Positions 26,240 to 43,013 of a stretch of DNA of 64,000 nt are shown here, in pieces. Every line of letters begins with the position of its first letter. The first letter of the stretch is position 1. The notes beneath the pieces are model-generated. The model did not search any database. It saw nothing but the letters and a program-made list of their open reading frames with translations, and was not told where the DNA came from. The position numbers were made by a program, and so were the translations under genes. This stretch comes from Octopus vulgaris. Lineage: Eukaryota. Location of the stretch: NCBI GenBank assembly GCA_951406725.2, contig OX597815.1:79546001-79610000 (forward strand), written 5' to 3'.

Positions 26240-27775
26240 GAGGAAAGCCCGCATCGTCTAATTCTGGGGACAAAATCTCCCACACAAAGTCCTAGATTAC
26301 TTTGATACAGCAAATCCATCAGAAGTGCCCTCGCCCAGTTCCTTACTGCTTGTTTTTAGTCGCACAATTAGAATAGCTCTATTTAGTCCCGTTACTCTCA
26401 TTACCCCACCCAACCTTCCTAAAACACGTTGGAAGACAGTTCCTCCTTCTCCACACTCACCTTTCTTCGTCATAGGTAGAGGAAAATTAGCCACACTTCC
26501 TTGTCAAAAGAAGGTGGACAGTTGGTCTTCATAACAGATATGGCTGATAGACGGATCCACTTTACATGTGGTAACAGTTGTTCAACACAAGCCCACAAGT
26601 GGGCAATACACGAACGCAACGAATGCGCGGAGAACGGTTTTCACCCGCTGAGCGTTTCTCGGACAGGTTAGGCTGCTGGTACTTCCATCTAATATTAAGA
26701 ATGCTTTCCCCCATCTCTCTTTTCCCCCTGTAGCACTGCCATGTTAACTACTTTTAGACACCCATAATCTCCACCCAGAAAGACATCCAGGAAAGATTGT
26801 TCAGACTGTCCTCAACGACGTTCAGAATCAGTCACAGGCTATCGATGCTCAAGTCCTCCACTAAACTTTATTAGAATTTGAGGATCTGCTTTCTACCGAT
26901 TGCATTCCAGCTAATAGAGTACAGTGAGTGTGTGGCAACGTTGTAGATACCAAATATCTAACCTGTTCATTATTGCCGTCGTTCTTTAAGAATCTCTGTA
27001 GAAGTACTAGTCATAGCGTGTTGCTGCGATATCATTTGGACACATTCTCGTACTGGCTATTGACAAAAGAACTCTCGTAGAATCTGTTCCTCTTACGAAG
27101 CGGCGAGTTGGCAGAAACGTTATCATGCCGACCGAAATGCTTAGCGGTATTTCTCCTGTCTTTTCGTTCTGGGTTCAAATTCCACCTAGGTCGTCTGTAC
27201 ATTTCGTGTATAAAGGCGGCGAGCTGGCAGAAACGTTAGCATGCTGGGCGACATGCCTGGCAGTATTTCGTCTGCCGCTACGTTCTGAGTTCAAATTCCG
27301 CTGAGGTCGACTTTGCCTTTCATCCTTTCGGGGTCGATAAATTAAGTACCAGTTACGCACTGGGGTCGATGTAATTGACTTAATCTCTTTATCTGTCCTC
27401 TCTATGTTTATCCCCTTGTGGGCAATAAAAAAAGAAATAAGATTCTGTTCCTCTTACAAGGCGTGAAAGAGTAACCAATTCAGTCTAGTTTGGTGGTTCT
27501 TGGGACAAGGCATAACGGCCAAGCGATAGTAGACGACCGAAGCGATGTAAAAGTTAACAACTTTCGCTCGATATTTCAAGAGATTTTGCTTAGTTCATTT
27601 CTTCAATGTAACTGACCAATTTACTCGCGAACACTTTCCAGTTTTCCCCCATCCAGAGGTCCAGTCCGAGCCAGATCCTGAGGATCTTCACCGCACGTTT
27701 GGTTCAACGACAGTTCCTTCCACTAGATGGTATGGACTTGCTTACAAGATGCCGCACTGCAAACTCACCAACCTC
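26240..27775 (-). mobile_element. Decayed L1/Tx1-like LINE ORF2 3' region
   Basis: Minus fragments VKILRIWLGLDL...NWKV, WQCYRG, TCPRNAQRVKTVLRAF...CP (degenerate CCHC); interrupted by SINEs. Confidence 0.6.
27097..27443 (+). mobile_element. Two SINE family A units inserted in the LINE with a 14-bp TSD
   Basis: tctgttcctcttac at 27083-27096 and 27444-27457. Confidence 0.85.
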
Positions 27776-27926
27776 TATTTCTTTGCTACCCAGAAGGGGC
27801 TAAACACAGAGGGGACAAACAGGGACAGACAAACGGATTAAGTCGATTGCTAACGTTTCTGCCAGCACGCCGCCTTAACTCACCAACCTCATCCAGTAGG
27901 TGCATGCTCCCGAAGCTTTCCCGTAC

Positions 27927-28008
27927 GTAGTAGTAGTATAGTAGTTGTAGTAGTAGTAGTAGCAGTAGCAGCAACAACAGCAAAAGTAGTAGTAGTAGCA
28001 GCAGTAAC

Positions 28009-28072
<64 letters not shown>
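27927..28072. repeat. (TAG)n/(CAG)n compound microsatellite
   Basis: Direct inspection. Confidence 0.95.
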
Positions 28073-29441
28073 ATTGTTGTTGGTAGTGTAGAAGTAGGGA
28101 TGCTGGAGTCGTTAGACACTGCAAATTATTGTCGCTAAAACTGATGCTTCTTTAGAAAATTGCGCTTTTCTGAGTGCTGCTCACATCCTCGGGCGTGTCA
28201 TCCATTTCATGAGCCAAGATGTCGTCTTGTATTTCTGATAACTATTTTCCCTCGAGTGAGTGCGAGGGCCAACATGTAGCTGCGCATGTAAGAGATAACA
28301 GATTCGCAGTCCCACCGTTGTCGCTGTTGCTATTGTCATTGTTGTTAATGTTATTGTTGTTGTTGATGTTGCTGCTGCTGCTGCTGTTGCTGCTTCTGTC
28401 CTTCATGCAATGGCAATATAAATTTCTTCATCCATATGTCTTTAGCGTGACGTTAATGAAGCAATAACAGCTTTGACTGCGACGTCAATGATTTTGTTTT
28501 ACCTGGCTGTTTTATCTGTTTTTGTCTTGAGCAATTCTTTAGTGCCTATCTCCATTCCTGTTTGTATAACTTGAGGCCTCATCCCCATCTTCCATGCCAA
28601 ACATTATGATACCCTTACTGGAATTCATGATTTTTCAATGAAATTATGAAGTTAAAAAACACAAAGTTCAACGAAGACACGGCCCCGTAGGGCTCTCATC
28701 AAACGAAGAAGCACAGTTTTATCTAGCGAATAGGTTCCTCCTCGAAACCGTGAATTAAATGTCACGTATTGGTATCTCTTTCAGAAACATAGCAAAAATT
28801 TAGTGAAACTTACAGAGACAAACAATATTACGTCGATCACGATGAATGCAGTTTTGCGGCTTGAGGAGTTTATAGCTGATTATATCGATCATATTTACTT
28901 GACGGCTACTTTATTTTTTATCGACCCCAAAAGTGATGAGGAGCGACGAAGACATTTGTGAGATTTGAATACAGAGTGTAAAGGGACGTGATTATACGCT
29001 ACAACACATTTAATTCGATGATCTACTCATTCTACCGACCTACCACCTTCAGCAATAGTAATTATCATAAATATTATTGTTATTAGTAAGTAATCGCCAG
29101 ACAATAACGTTACATAGCGAATTGTAATAAATCAATCTTGTTTCAGTGTCGAAGATTAAGTGTCTTGCGAAGAATTCTGTCTCATCACTGTATTTCGTCG
29201 TCCTTGTCTACTTCACCTTGTTACAAGAATCTTTTATCGAGTTTGTTTCAGTTGAAGATAAAATGATTCAACCACTCTCCTTTGAGCCGTAATTGCTCTT
29301 AATGAAACAGGGTGCCTTATTTCCTTTCTTTCTGCGATAATATAATTACACATTCGTTGGCAACGTCAAAGGCAACGTCATCCGGTAAAAATTGTAGCTG
29401 TAGGTTTTAACAAATTGATTGAAAGTTTTCTCTCTCTTTCC

Positions 29442-29551
<110 letters not shown>

Positions 29552-30057
29552 CTCACTTAGTGGAATGTTTATTGGTTAAAGAGTCAGCATTTACTCTCCA
29601 CCCATACACACATATAAAGAAACAGAAAAAAAAGTATTAAAATAAAAAAAAGAATGAAACAAGAGAACGAAAAAAAAAATAGATGAGAAAGTATAAAAAA
29701 AAATCCAAACATTTTACGTACCGCATGATCTTATAAATAACAGGTTGACAAGTAAAAAAAAAATAAAGAAATAAAATGAAAAAGAAACAAATAAATGAAA
29801 GAAGATAAGGAAATGCAAAATATAAAAAGAAAAAAACTAGCTGGTCAGAATTAGATTTAGATCTTTCTTTGCAAAACTTGTGATTATGTCATATACATTA
29901 GTGTAATGATATAAAGTGTAAAACATAGGTGTTAGTCACTGTAAAATACAGCCAGAATGTACACCCCTGCTATCAAAGAAATGGCGACTATTTCAATTCA
30001 GGCTTTCTTTTCTTTATATTTGATTTTGCTAAGAAATACTTTTTATATTCCTTACAG

Positions 30058-30257
30058 ATGTAGAATTTCTACTCTCACCTGCACCACTAATGTATTCTTT
30101 CTACGGAATTGTTCAAATTGTAGCAGACAACGCGAATACGAGATATACTTTTAAAGTCTATTCATTGAAGGTCAATAAAAATTCTTTAAAAATCCATCCC
30201 GTCTCTTTAAATACTACAGTGTCACTTTCCCTTGAATCTGAAGATTACCTTGTAACG
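30058..30257 (+). CDS. Candidate internal exon of an unidentified host gene
   Basis: Polypyrimidine acceptor ttttatattccttacag, donor gtaaaa, one fully open frame (VEFLLSPAPLMYSFYGIVQIVADNANTRYTFKVY...EDYLVT); no recognised homology. Confidence 0.3.
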
Positions 30258-31484
30258 GTAAAAATGTACAGACATACCAAGCATATAACAGCCTTAGAAT
30301 GAGGTCTGTTATATACCTAACGAATTACAGAGTAGGACTGAATGCTTCGTCATATCAAAATTATTATCCTTCAGATATCTTCATGATTGATTTTGCTTTT
30401 CATTACTTCGGGGTCGTACAGGGAAAATTGTAGGACGAACTAAGCAATAAAGAACTGTAGGACGACCTAAGTATTGGAAAATCAATCGAAGAGTCAATGG
30501 TATGCCCTTAACAAAGACCGAGGGGTTAGAATTTACCGAAGGTGGTATAATTTATCGATGTTAGCGTTAGAATTAACTTCTTGACATATTATCCCGTATA
30601 TTTTCGTTCAGAGATGTCTAGTAAATATACATTTGAACGAAAATATACGTTCACTGTACTCTGAGGTATATGTCACTTATTTCTAACCCGAAATACTTCG
30701 CTCATGATGTTATTCCCATTTTCTATCATTAACTATCAGTAACTATCATTTCTATCAGTAACTTCAAAGTAAATCATAACTGATCCAAAATAATTTGTGT
30801 ACTTATTCTTCCTTATATACAGATTCAAAACAAATTATAAAAAAATGTAATGCATGGAAAGTGAAAAAAAAGTGTATGTTTAGAGGTTAACGTGTATTTT
30901 GTTGACTTGCAGTTTTGAGTTGAAATTCTTTTCGCAGAAAAACGCAACCTGCGATTATCCTAGCGTGCTATCCTAGGAGAGAATTTTCTTTTATCATCTT
31001 AATGGCTCTTAATTAAAAGATAAACACCAACCATATGGATTCCTGAGGATTAAGAACGAATTTACTGAATATATACCGCAGGTGATTCAATTACCTACCC
31101 ACCTCCTTTGTAAATGATCAAACTTGTGCTTACAAGAAACAAATCAATATACAATTAAATAATACTGAAGTTAAAATTGTGTTTGTATGCGTGCTCATTG
31201 ATTTTTGACATGTCTATGCATTTTTACAACGAAATGTTTCAGTTTATATGCACTTAGACATAAAAATAACCTGAGCGAATCTGGCTCTTAGTAATCACAA
31301 AACGGAAGAATTATGTTCATTATTATATCAACATATTACATACAATTTTTGGTTTCTTCTGATTACAAGGAAAGCGAAAAGAACCCGCAGACCTTCATAC
31401 ACACACCAAAAAGACATACCTACAGACACAGGCACAGATACACACAGACACACACAGACACACACGCACGCACACACAGACACA

Positions 31485-31526
<42 letters not shown>

Positions 31527-31734
31527 TACACATACAATTCTCAGATGCAAGACAAATAAGATTTAGTCTTCAAAATCGCATTTTGTTTATTTCAATAAAT
31601 AAATATGTTTAGGCTGTTTTCTTTTTAGTAATAATACACTTGAAAATGTATATCCCCCATTTTATACGAGTCTCGATTTACACGATGCATACTGTAGGGC
31701 AACTGTATATAGACCATCCTTACATACACACACA

Positions 31735-31765
<31 letters not shown>

Positions 31766-32330
31766 AAAACACACACACACGCACACGCACACAGATCTGC
31801 ACACATTAATATATTTGAAATTAACATACGTTTTGTGACATGCACTATTTCTCAAAATATATACATATATATATGGTGCTCCAGCATGGCCGCAGTCAAA
31901 TGGCTGAATCAGGTACAAGAATAAAATAAACGATATATATATATATATATATAAAAGATTGTTTAGATCTAGGCAAAATAACATAGAACCACCCCTGCTA
32001 TTTTTGGCTAGACAATTTATTCTGAAGAAAAATTGCAGGTAATTTAACTGCTCAGATCAGCAGCCAATACATAATCGAGACAGTTGTTTGCGTGTGTACG
32101 AGAGTGTATGACCACCTAAACATACATGTAACTTGTCCATATACAGCATTAAGAGTAATCTATCTTTCTTATCTATTATTTAAAGAATAAAGATGCGAAC
32201 ATCCTGTTTCGACGTCAGGTTTCGGAAATTTTTGTCTAGTTGAAAGGCCAACTGGCTAGCCTCGTAGATAAAAATGTTAGATTAATTCTAGTCATTAACT
32301 GACCACAAAAATCTTCCATAGCAACTAGAG

Positions 32331-33420
32331 CAGTGGTTCTTAACCTTATTGGAGGTACTGAATACCGCAAGATTCATCACTGCATTCACTGAAACCTTCG
32401 TAATTGGAAAAATAAAATAGAATTTCTTCAAAACATAGGTATATGTTTTATTAGTACACAAAATGAACCATGCACTAATTGCACACAAAATTACTGTGTT
32501 CAAAGAACAAAACCAACAAAACATGAATTTCACACAAAAATATAACTCAATGAATATTTACTGCAAATAAATATGACTTTGCAGTTGCCTTTCAGATACA
32601 AGTTCAGAAATGCTCGGCTTCCATATAATTTTTGCAACAAAGTCTGTTCTTTTTCTAAGTTTTCATGTCTTCCATCCTCGAAAAGGATTGCCCACAAAGA
32701 TAAGTTGTAACAAACGGTGTGAGTATTTCAAGGGCTTTCTTAGCAATAAGAGGGTATGATACGATTTGGTGACACCAAAACGTTGAGAGCGTTGTTGTTC
32801 TGAAGAGTTGCTGTTGAAACTGGCTCTACTGAAGTTCAATGATTTCGTCGGGGTATTCATCGTTGACATCTGCTGTCACAATACTAAAAGTGTCTCACCC
32901 ATGCTGGATATGACTCTCTGGCAGGGAAGTATTCGCCGAGGGACTTTGCGAGCTCATCGAAGTGCATGGCAATTGCTTGCTTCAGTTCCCCAAGTACAGA
33001 AATGTCTCCAATTCCAGACACGTCTTCGACCATACAAGTTTGCGAAGGTGTTATTCTCTGTTCGTCGTTTGCATAAAGGAAGCTTTTTTTTGTATGCCTT
33101 CAGGTTTTCTTCTGCTTCGATGATGTTGACTCCCTGTATCTGTCGATTGAGATGATTGAGAACATCGAAAATATTGGCCATGTACGCCAAAATGAGAATG
33201 AACTCAGAATTCTCGAGAGTAATCTGCGTGACAATGTTGCTACTCTCGCAAAAACAGGGCAAAGACACTATTCAGCACCTTTCCCCGGGATAACCACCGA
33301 ACGTTAGAAGGGTACAGAAATACCTCGGATTCAGAGACCATTTCATTACACAGCTCTTTGGAGATGCAGTGCTTCATAACACTATTTTGCACATAGTTCA
33401 CACATTCAATGTTACAATAA
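32331..33420 (-). mobile_element. Decayed hAT transposon (Buster/Charlie-like)
   Basis: Terminus cagtggttcttaacctt; minus NVRWLSRGKVL and LAYMANIFDVLNHLNRQIQG. Confidence 0.85.
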
Positions 33421-34333
33421 TTAAAACATGTTTGAAATAATGAATTCCTGGAAGGTTTCCATGATTCTCATTCCCGTTTGGGAATGAAAAATACATTGAC
33501 AAAGAGAAAAGAAAGAGGACCTGGAAAAGCTTAAACTACGAGTTCTTATTTACCGGGCAACGCCGAGTAACCTTCTAATAACTATCTACTCAACCAACTA
33601 ATTATGAAATCAAGATTTATCGATCGCTGACTTAGCATTAAAGGGAAAAATTGTTAAATAATGATTTACCAGGTAACATCAAGTAGCCTTCAAGTAACTA
33701 ACTAATAAACTAATTTTTAAATCATATTTATGGATTGCTAATTTAGGATTAAAGGATAAATACATACATTCAACAAAGCGAATCGTGCAGATATAAGGAG
33801 TTACATGAGTCCGATAAACTTTTATATGAAAACCGATATCTGACTTTATACATTCTTTATGTCGGACACTTCAATGGGTTTAAATGCAAATCCTTAACCT
33901 AATCATTTGCAATAATAAATACTGGAGTTGACATGTTTTCCTTTTAGTCGAGCACACTTTTCACTTGCAGAAACTGGCTGTATGACTTGTGAGAGGACAT
34001 CATTATGACTGTCATGGTGTACTATAAGATATTCATGCAGCCGAATTTCGATTAAAGCCAGTTGATTTCACTTTTCTCTTCAAAAATTTTGATACGTAAC
34101 TGCACTGCGTTAAAATGCAGGCAGACTTAGTTTTGCTTATCATCTCTTGAATATTGATAAAATGAGTATAAGTAATATTGCAGATTAGATATAGTAGAAT
34201 ATGCACCTCTTTCACACAAGGAAGCCATTACAATAGACGCAGACCAGTTCGAGATGTTTTTAGTTCTTGATTCACAATATTTTTTTTTATTTAAGCCCAT
34301 GTCAAAGGCATTACCGTTTCAGAATTTTATTTA

Positions 34334-34750
34334 GGCGTAGGAGTGGCTGTGTGGTAAGTAGCTTGCTTACGAACCACATGGTCCCGAGTTCAGTCCCACT
34401 GCGTGGCACCTTGGGCAAGTGTCTTCTGCTATAACCTCGGGTCGACCAAAGCCTTATGAGTGGATTTGATAGACGGAAACTGAAAGAATCCCGTAGTATA
34501 TATGTATATATATATATGTGTGTGCATATGTTTGTCTGTCTGTGTGTGTCCCCCCCAACATCACTTGACAACCGATGCTGGTGTGTTTACATCCCCGTAA
34601 CATAGCAGTTCGGCAAAAGAGACCGATAGAATAAGTACTAGGCTTACAAAGAATAAGTTCTGGGGTCGATTTGCTCGACTAAAGGCGGTGATCCAGCATG
34701 GCCACAGTCAAATGACTGAAACAAGTAAAAGAGTAAAAGAGAGTAAGAGT
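34334..34750 (+). mobile_element. tRNA-derived SINE family B, full length
   Basis: A box gtggctgtgtggtaag, B box gagttcagtccc, caccttgggcaagt body, (gtaaaaga)n tail; multiple copies in window. Confidence 0.9.
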
Positions 34751-35396
34751 ATAAATGCATTATTTTTGCTTAAATTTTAAACTATTATTGTACTATATGG
34801 TTAGCTAGTCAGTGGAAAAGGGTAGCATCATGAGCATTGAAGGACGTTCGAGAGTGAAAGGAGTAAAGCAGAAGAAAAATACAACTCAGAGGTTGCATTT
34901 CATAATGTAGCTTAGTAAAAGTCCTTATATGTAGAGGGGATTGCCAGAGGATAGAGCAACCTTCCGAGACGTTACTCACTAAGCCTGCGCCCTGTCGTGT
35001 TTGATGGCTGGTCTCTGCTGGAAAACTATTTCTTTGTGTATCTTCATACAAACAGTGACCCGACACGGAGAAAGGTGCAGTGCATCAGGATATCGAGTTA
35101 TCCTTGGAATAGAGATATGGTGCAAATGTTTGCAATAGAGAGGACCCCATTAAAGGCATATACAAAGGCCAGATGCATGCGTTAAACCGAATGGCAGATT
35201 AGATGTGGCACCTAAAATTGTATCTACCATCTAAAGTTGGTAAATCACTCGCATCAGTATAGAATTCTTTTCACAAACGCTGTTAATAGTTTTAAGACAT
35301 GAACACAATCTCATCTGTCATCTCTAATTATTCCTCATTAAAATGAATAATTATTTCTCTAGAAATACATATACACATACATAGATACACACATGT

Positions 35397-35650
35397 GAAG
35401 GCACGTGGCATAGTGGTTAAGGGTGCTGCACTCCTGATCTTAATATTGATGTTTCAATTCCTGGACCCGGTTATAAGTTGTGCTTTGGAGCAAAACACTT
35501 CATTTCACGTTTTCCCAGGCCATTTAGCTGGTAAAAATGAGTACTCCTTCGACAGATCGGTGTCTCGTCCAAGGGTGATACGCCACAGAATCTGGGAAAC
35601 TGGCCTTATGAGCCTATTGCTCGGGAAGGACCACTGATCCTTTTCCCCAT
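35397..35650 (+). mobile_element. SINE family C (diverged)
   Basis: gaaggcacgtggcatagtggttaagg head similar to 60502. Confidence 0.65.
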
Positions 35651-36079
35651 GCACACGCGATAGCACACACTCAACAGTGAACGTATTTTCTGCAAAAGAA
35701 ATGATTTTTCCCTTTGTATTAGTTTATTGAAGTCTCAAGAGTAACAATCACCAAAAGTAATCAATTACTGACCAGTAACCGATTACTGTCAACATGACTT
35801 GCAATAATCAGAGTTGTCAGTTATGCTCTTTTGTGTTAGACACCAAAATTTAGTGATTAAAGGATGTTGGCATATCCAGATGTCATCCGAGTACTATTCT
35901 CCGACAGTTTTAAGCATTTATATTCTTTGGCTTTGAATCTTCGAACTCAATCTTTGTACAATTTTCTAAAAGTGTTTATTGTTTATGCAGTCGAGTCCAT
36001 AAATAAGAAAAGAACATTAGATGAACACAGAAAAGAACATTCTATGAAGAATTAATACTGCAGCATTATTGGTATTGCT

Positions 36080-36430
36080 ATGGAAGATGAACTGATGTGT
36101 CTATTCGGCAATTCTGCTTTTGCAACACTGAAGAAATACAATGAACATCAATATTATCTTCTTTATGTAAAGATCGCAGATATTCTAAACTGGAAAGAGA
36201 ATACCAAAAACTACACCTAAGAAGATGCTAGCTACCAAGCATAAATAATGCTAGCAATTGAAATCATGGAAACAATTTAAAGAGTAACTTATATTCTTGG
36301 AAAAAGTAAGCTATTTACCTACGTGGAAATTATAAAAGAATGCATTGTTCAAGTGCTAGGATTATTAGAATCAGATGAGGTGAATAGGTACAGAATCGGT
36401 AGAGCGATGGAGAAAATATCTTATAGCATT
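36080..36430 (+). mobile_element. Decayed hAT transposase N-terminal fragment
   Basis: LMCLF..., FATLKKYN, RVTYILGKSKLFTYVEIIKECIVQVL resembles SPIN/GTF2IRD2-type hAT proteins. Confidence 0.5.
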
Positions 36431-36761
36431 TAGTTACATTTTTTTTACGTTGTGAATTTAAACTCATAGCATATTGGCACCATGCTCGATATAATCGATT
36501 TTAATCTTGAAGTTGGGGCCTCAGGATGATCACTCCGCAGTGATTGCAAGCAGTGAAAGAATAAGAATAAATGCACTCCATTTTTAAAAGGGGCCATAGC
36601 CAATCAACAACCTGAATCAGTTTTCAATCTAAGAGAAAAAATTCCTGCAAATATGCTAAAATGAAGATATTTGTAATTCGATAGCGCTTTGAATGTATCT
36701 CCTGTAATTATTAATACTATTTAGGTGTGCACATTTTCGATTATTGTTATAATAGTACACG

Positions 36762-37135
36762 AAGGCGGCAAGCTTAGCAGAATGGTTAGCACGCCGAACA
36801 AAATGCTTAGCGGCATTTCGTATGTCTGGTTTCAAATTCCGCTGAGGTTGACTTTGCTTTCCATTCTTTCGTGGTCGATAAAATAAGTACCAGTTGAGTA
36901 CCGGTGTTCAATGTAATCGGCTTACTCTCTTCCTCGAAATTGCTGACCTTGTGCCAAAATTAGAAACCAAAACTGTCATAGTAGACTGAAGGCGGCGAAC
37001 GGACAGAATCGTTAGCATGCTGGATAAAGTGCTTAGCGGTATTTCTTCCTGTTTTACTTTCCGGGTTCAAATTTCGCCGAGGTCGATTTTACCATTCATT
37101 CTTTCGGGGTCGATAAATTGATGTAATCGACTGGC
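36762..37135 (+). mobile_element. Two adjacent diverged SINE family A copies
   Basis: Heads gaaggcggc at about 36761 and 36988 with family A cores. Confidence 0.8.
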
Positions 37136-37177
37136 CTTGTATCTCGTTATTTTTTGTACCCTTTCGGCAAGAACATA

Positions 37178-38784
<1,607 letters not shown>

Positions 38785-39525
38785 TATAGAAGTGACATCT
38801 TCACTATCTTAAAAAAAACGGTAAAGAAACTGAATTTACATAATCTAGTAAGTGTATATGCATAGACGGTGCAGACACTCACTGAACAAGAAGTATTTGC
38901 TGTGTTACTTCAAAAACAAACAAAAAAAGAAAGAAAGTAAAAAAAACTGTCACGTTCAAAGAATTTATTTTTTCCTTTCATTGCCGTTTGAATGTGTAAT
39001 CAAAATTTGTGTTAAGTGATACATTATAAAAGTTTTTATATCAATTGCATTTGAATAATGTGTAACGCCATTGCTTATTTCATTACATATTTCAATCTGA
39101 TGATGAGATATACAGTGTAAATCTGATCTGTTCTGAAGTTCGTTGATTATCATAGAGATAATTTATTTGTTGGGAGTTTAATCAGAAAAGAGTTCCACTG
39201 AAGTTCTGTCTTTTCGTGTAATTTAATTTGCAAAGTAAAACTAAATTTTGACGTATGTGCGTAAATATCAAAACATGAAAAAAAAAGAAGAAAAAAACAA
39301 AACAGATAGGCCATCAGAACGTTTATTCATTTATTTAGCTAATTACTATGTAATTAATATTGTATGTGTGTATGTATGTATGTATGAATGAATGGATGTG
39401 TTTCGATTTACTAACAGGTGGAAAAAAATTATTCAGTACATGTAACATAGTTTATTCAATTTTTACTGTGGAAAACGGTAACGGAAAACTTAGAATTGTA
39501 ACAAAGGGTGCCTCTCCCTCCGTGC

Positions 39526-39600
<75 letters not shown>

Positions 39601-40085
39601 AATGCAGTTTATAAACAGGCTAAAAACAACACATTTAGATGTGACAGTACATTATACGCAACTGTTCCAGATTGTCTGATGGAAGACTATAATGAAATGT
39701 CAGTAGATTCTGAGAACCTTGGTCTCATACTAAAACTTGTTTGGCGTCTCCAAACAGAGATAGAATTGGTTGACATCTTAGAAAATAATAGACCGGAATC
39801 TTAAATTCCGATGAAATATGGGAAAATGTAGAAATATCGCGTCTACGCCCAAAATACCTGTTGAATATGCTACCTCGCTTTTTTAGTGCTGCTGAGAACT
39901 AACATTTTCAAATTACGACACAAATAAGAAACGTTTTATCTTGAGTTGCACTTGTTTGACAAGTGATCTAAAATTGTGTGATGGGACTAAAACAATTACA
40001 TTGTTGTACAGTCATTGTAATCATTTAAAAAACACAAGTTGTATGAATTTCTACTTATTACCATTTTCTTTTTGTAATATATATA

Positions 40086-40430
40086 CGAGGGGCGTTCAAT
40101 AAGTAATGCCCCTGACCCACTTCCCATAGCAGTAGAGCAACGAAACTTGGCACAGTTATTAGTCTTTTTTTTACATAGGAACCACCCAGAGTTACGCATT
40201 TTCCCCATCGTTTGATGCAGCTCTGGATACCGTTTTTGTAGAAGACCCCAGCTTGGTCCTCCAACCACGACCCGACTTCAGAAATCAAGGCTGCATCATC
40301 TGGGAAACGCTTTCCTTTCAAAAACAACTTCATGGCTGGGAAGAGGTGAAAATCAGAGGGTGCAAGGTCAGGAGAGTAGGGGGATGGGGGAGGAGTTCAT
40401 AGCCGCACGCCTGTGTTTCTGATCTGGCTA
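40086..40430 (-). mobile_element. Mariner 3' fragment
   Basis: TA-cgaggggcgttcaataagt TIR; minus PYSPDLAPSDFHLFPAMKLFLKGKRF...KRWGKCVTLGGSYV. Confidence 0.9.
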
Positions 40431-40756
40431 GAGATACAAGTCAGAGTGGAAATTAGCTCGTATTTGAACAGCAAAGATGAATAAAAGTATATCAAATACC
40501 AAGGTACTAATTTCTTGGTTCTGATTTCAAATAAGCGGAGTACAATGACATGCATTAATTATTAATAATAGTCAAAATGTAGAAGAAATATAGAATTTTA
40601 ATGCATTTGATGAATTAATGTAGTTTAATAGAATCTGTTTAAATACAGGAATGGTCTTCCCCAGTAAAACAGCTCCATAATCAATGGATATATGCTTATT
40701 TATCTCACACAGAACTGCTTGACTAGAGATATCCTTTAACAAATGATCAGCTCTAT

Positions 40757-41154
40757 TCTTTTCTACTCTAGACACAAAGCCCGAAATTTTGAGGGAAGGG
40801 ATCAGTCGACTAGACCGACCCCAGTACGCAACTGGTACTTAATTTATCGACCCCGAAAGGATGAAAGGCAAAATCGACCTCGGCGGAATTTGAACTCAAA
40901 ACGTAGCGGCAGACGAAATACCTATTTCTTCACTACCCACAAGGGGCTAAACACAGAGAGGACAAACAAGGACAGACTAACGGATTAAGTCGATTATATC
41001 GACCCCAGTGCGTAACTGGTACTTATTTAATCGACCCCGAAAGGATGAAAGGCAAAGTCCACCTCGGCGGAATTTGAACTCAGAACGTAACGGCAGACGA
41101 AATACGGCTACGCATTTCGACCGGCGTGCTAGCGCTTCTGCCAGCTCGCCGCCT
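40757..41154 (-). mobile_element. SINE family A, dimeric form with TSD
   Basis: Flanks atgatcagctctatt / atgatcagttctatt. Confidence 0.9.
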
Positions 41155-41416
41155 GAAGATGATCAGTTCTATTGACTAAAAAGTAGAGAATAAGGAGCGG
41201 TGATATGCATGCTTTTCCAAGGAAACAGATACAACAAGAAACCGAACTTGCATCATAAATTTGCTTTGTAAGAGGTTTGCCAAATACACAAATACGGTGT
41301 TAAGACGCGCGCGCATATACATACTCTCATACGCATTTGCTCTCGTACAAAGAACAACAGACACAAACACAAAAAAACATCTAATGAAACCATATGTCCA
41401 GAAACACACAGCTACA

Positions 41417-41485
<69 letters not shown>

Positions 41486-42151
41486 TATATTGTGTTAAAC
41501 ACACTCTCTCTCCTCACACATACACACACCTGTACACTAAACATACGCAATCGGTAACCAAGACATTTCTAATCGATCATATTCACCATTACTGCCGTAT
41601 CAATCGTTCTCTCGCTATATACTAGATCCCTTGATAATGCAGTCATATCTAAAACTGGTTTATCGGCTTGAAGTAGATTTACTGGTCCTTGTTACATAGT
41701 CATGAGTTTCTGATGGAGACATACAAGGCCGGAAACCATAATTTACATAGAAGTCATATGAATATATACATACATACAAACATACATACATATATATATA
41801 TACACATACATGCCTGCATGTATTTATGCATACATATATGTATGCATGTGTAAGTGTGCATATATATATATATATATATATGTATGTTTATACACACACC
41901 ACATATGTACTTGTATGTATGTGTGAATATACATACACTATTAATGTATGAATGGTTGTGGGCCAACCAAAGTAATATGCTTGAATTTACATTTCAGCAT
42001 AATGGGAACCAAATGTATACTTCACTATGGTTAAACATAAGACAAACGCACAAAAGTAAGCACACACATACATGCAAGCATGTATGCATACGTCCATTCA
42101 TGCATGCATACATACATACATATTTATAAATGTATGTTTTGTATGTTTACA

Positions 42152-42229
<78 letters not shown>

Positions 42230-42545
42230 GTTATGAGAGGTAATGATGTCAGGTAATGCTGAGTAAGTGCTATGGATAGACCATAGTTAAGCTCCAAGTT
42301 CGGTGATTATGCGAATAAGGAGTCCAACGTAGGTGATATATCAGCATGTGTAGCTATAAAAATTTTTTTTCAGAATGAGACAAAAAAACCCAACGCTGTG
42401 AAGATTCAGAATGAGATAAAAAAAACAAGGCTGTGAAGATAGAACATTTATAAATGATAGAACATTTTCACAGCCTTGGTGTTTTTTTAGATCGCATTCT
42501 GAAAAAAAAAAAAAAAAAAAAAAATTATATATATATATATGTATA

Positions 42546-42768
42546 TATAAATAACCTTATAAAATAAGGGCAAAAGAAAAACTCTAATGCCAAATATGCC
42601 GAAAAACGACAAAATTGTCAATAACCATTATAATTTATGCGTCTCGAAACAAGCCGATAGAAATTTCTAAAAAATAAATCCGTTATTACCGTATTGACAA
42701 TTTTGTCGTTTTTCGGCATATCTGGCATTAGAACTTTTCTTTTGCCCTTATTTTATAAGTTATTTATA
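42546..42768. repeat. Foldback (about 77-bp arms), PLE pLTR-like, in TA tract
   Basis: 42546-42623 is the near reverse complement of 42692-42768. Confidence 0.75.
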
Positions 42769-42848
42769 AATTTAACCTTTAAAGGTATTTTTTAATATAC
42801 TGGCCATTGATAAAATTGTTTTCGAAAAAATTTTCATCCTACATTAGT

Positions 42849-43013
<165 letters not shown>

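Noticed and set aside
29146-29288. Possible exon with a hydrophobic stretch
   Set aside because: Donor phase is incompatible with the open frame of the 30058 candidate; no other support
39619-39698. Possible exon AKNNTFRCDSTLYATVPDC
   Set aside because: Weak acceptor without a polypyrimidine tract and no recognisable homology
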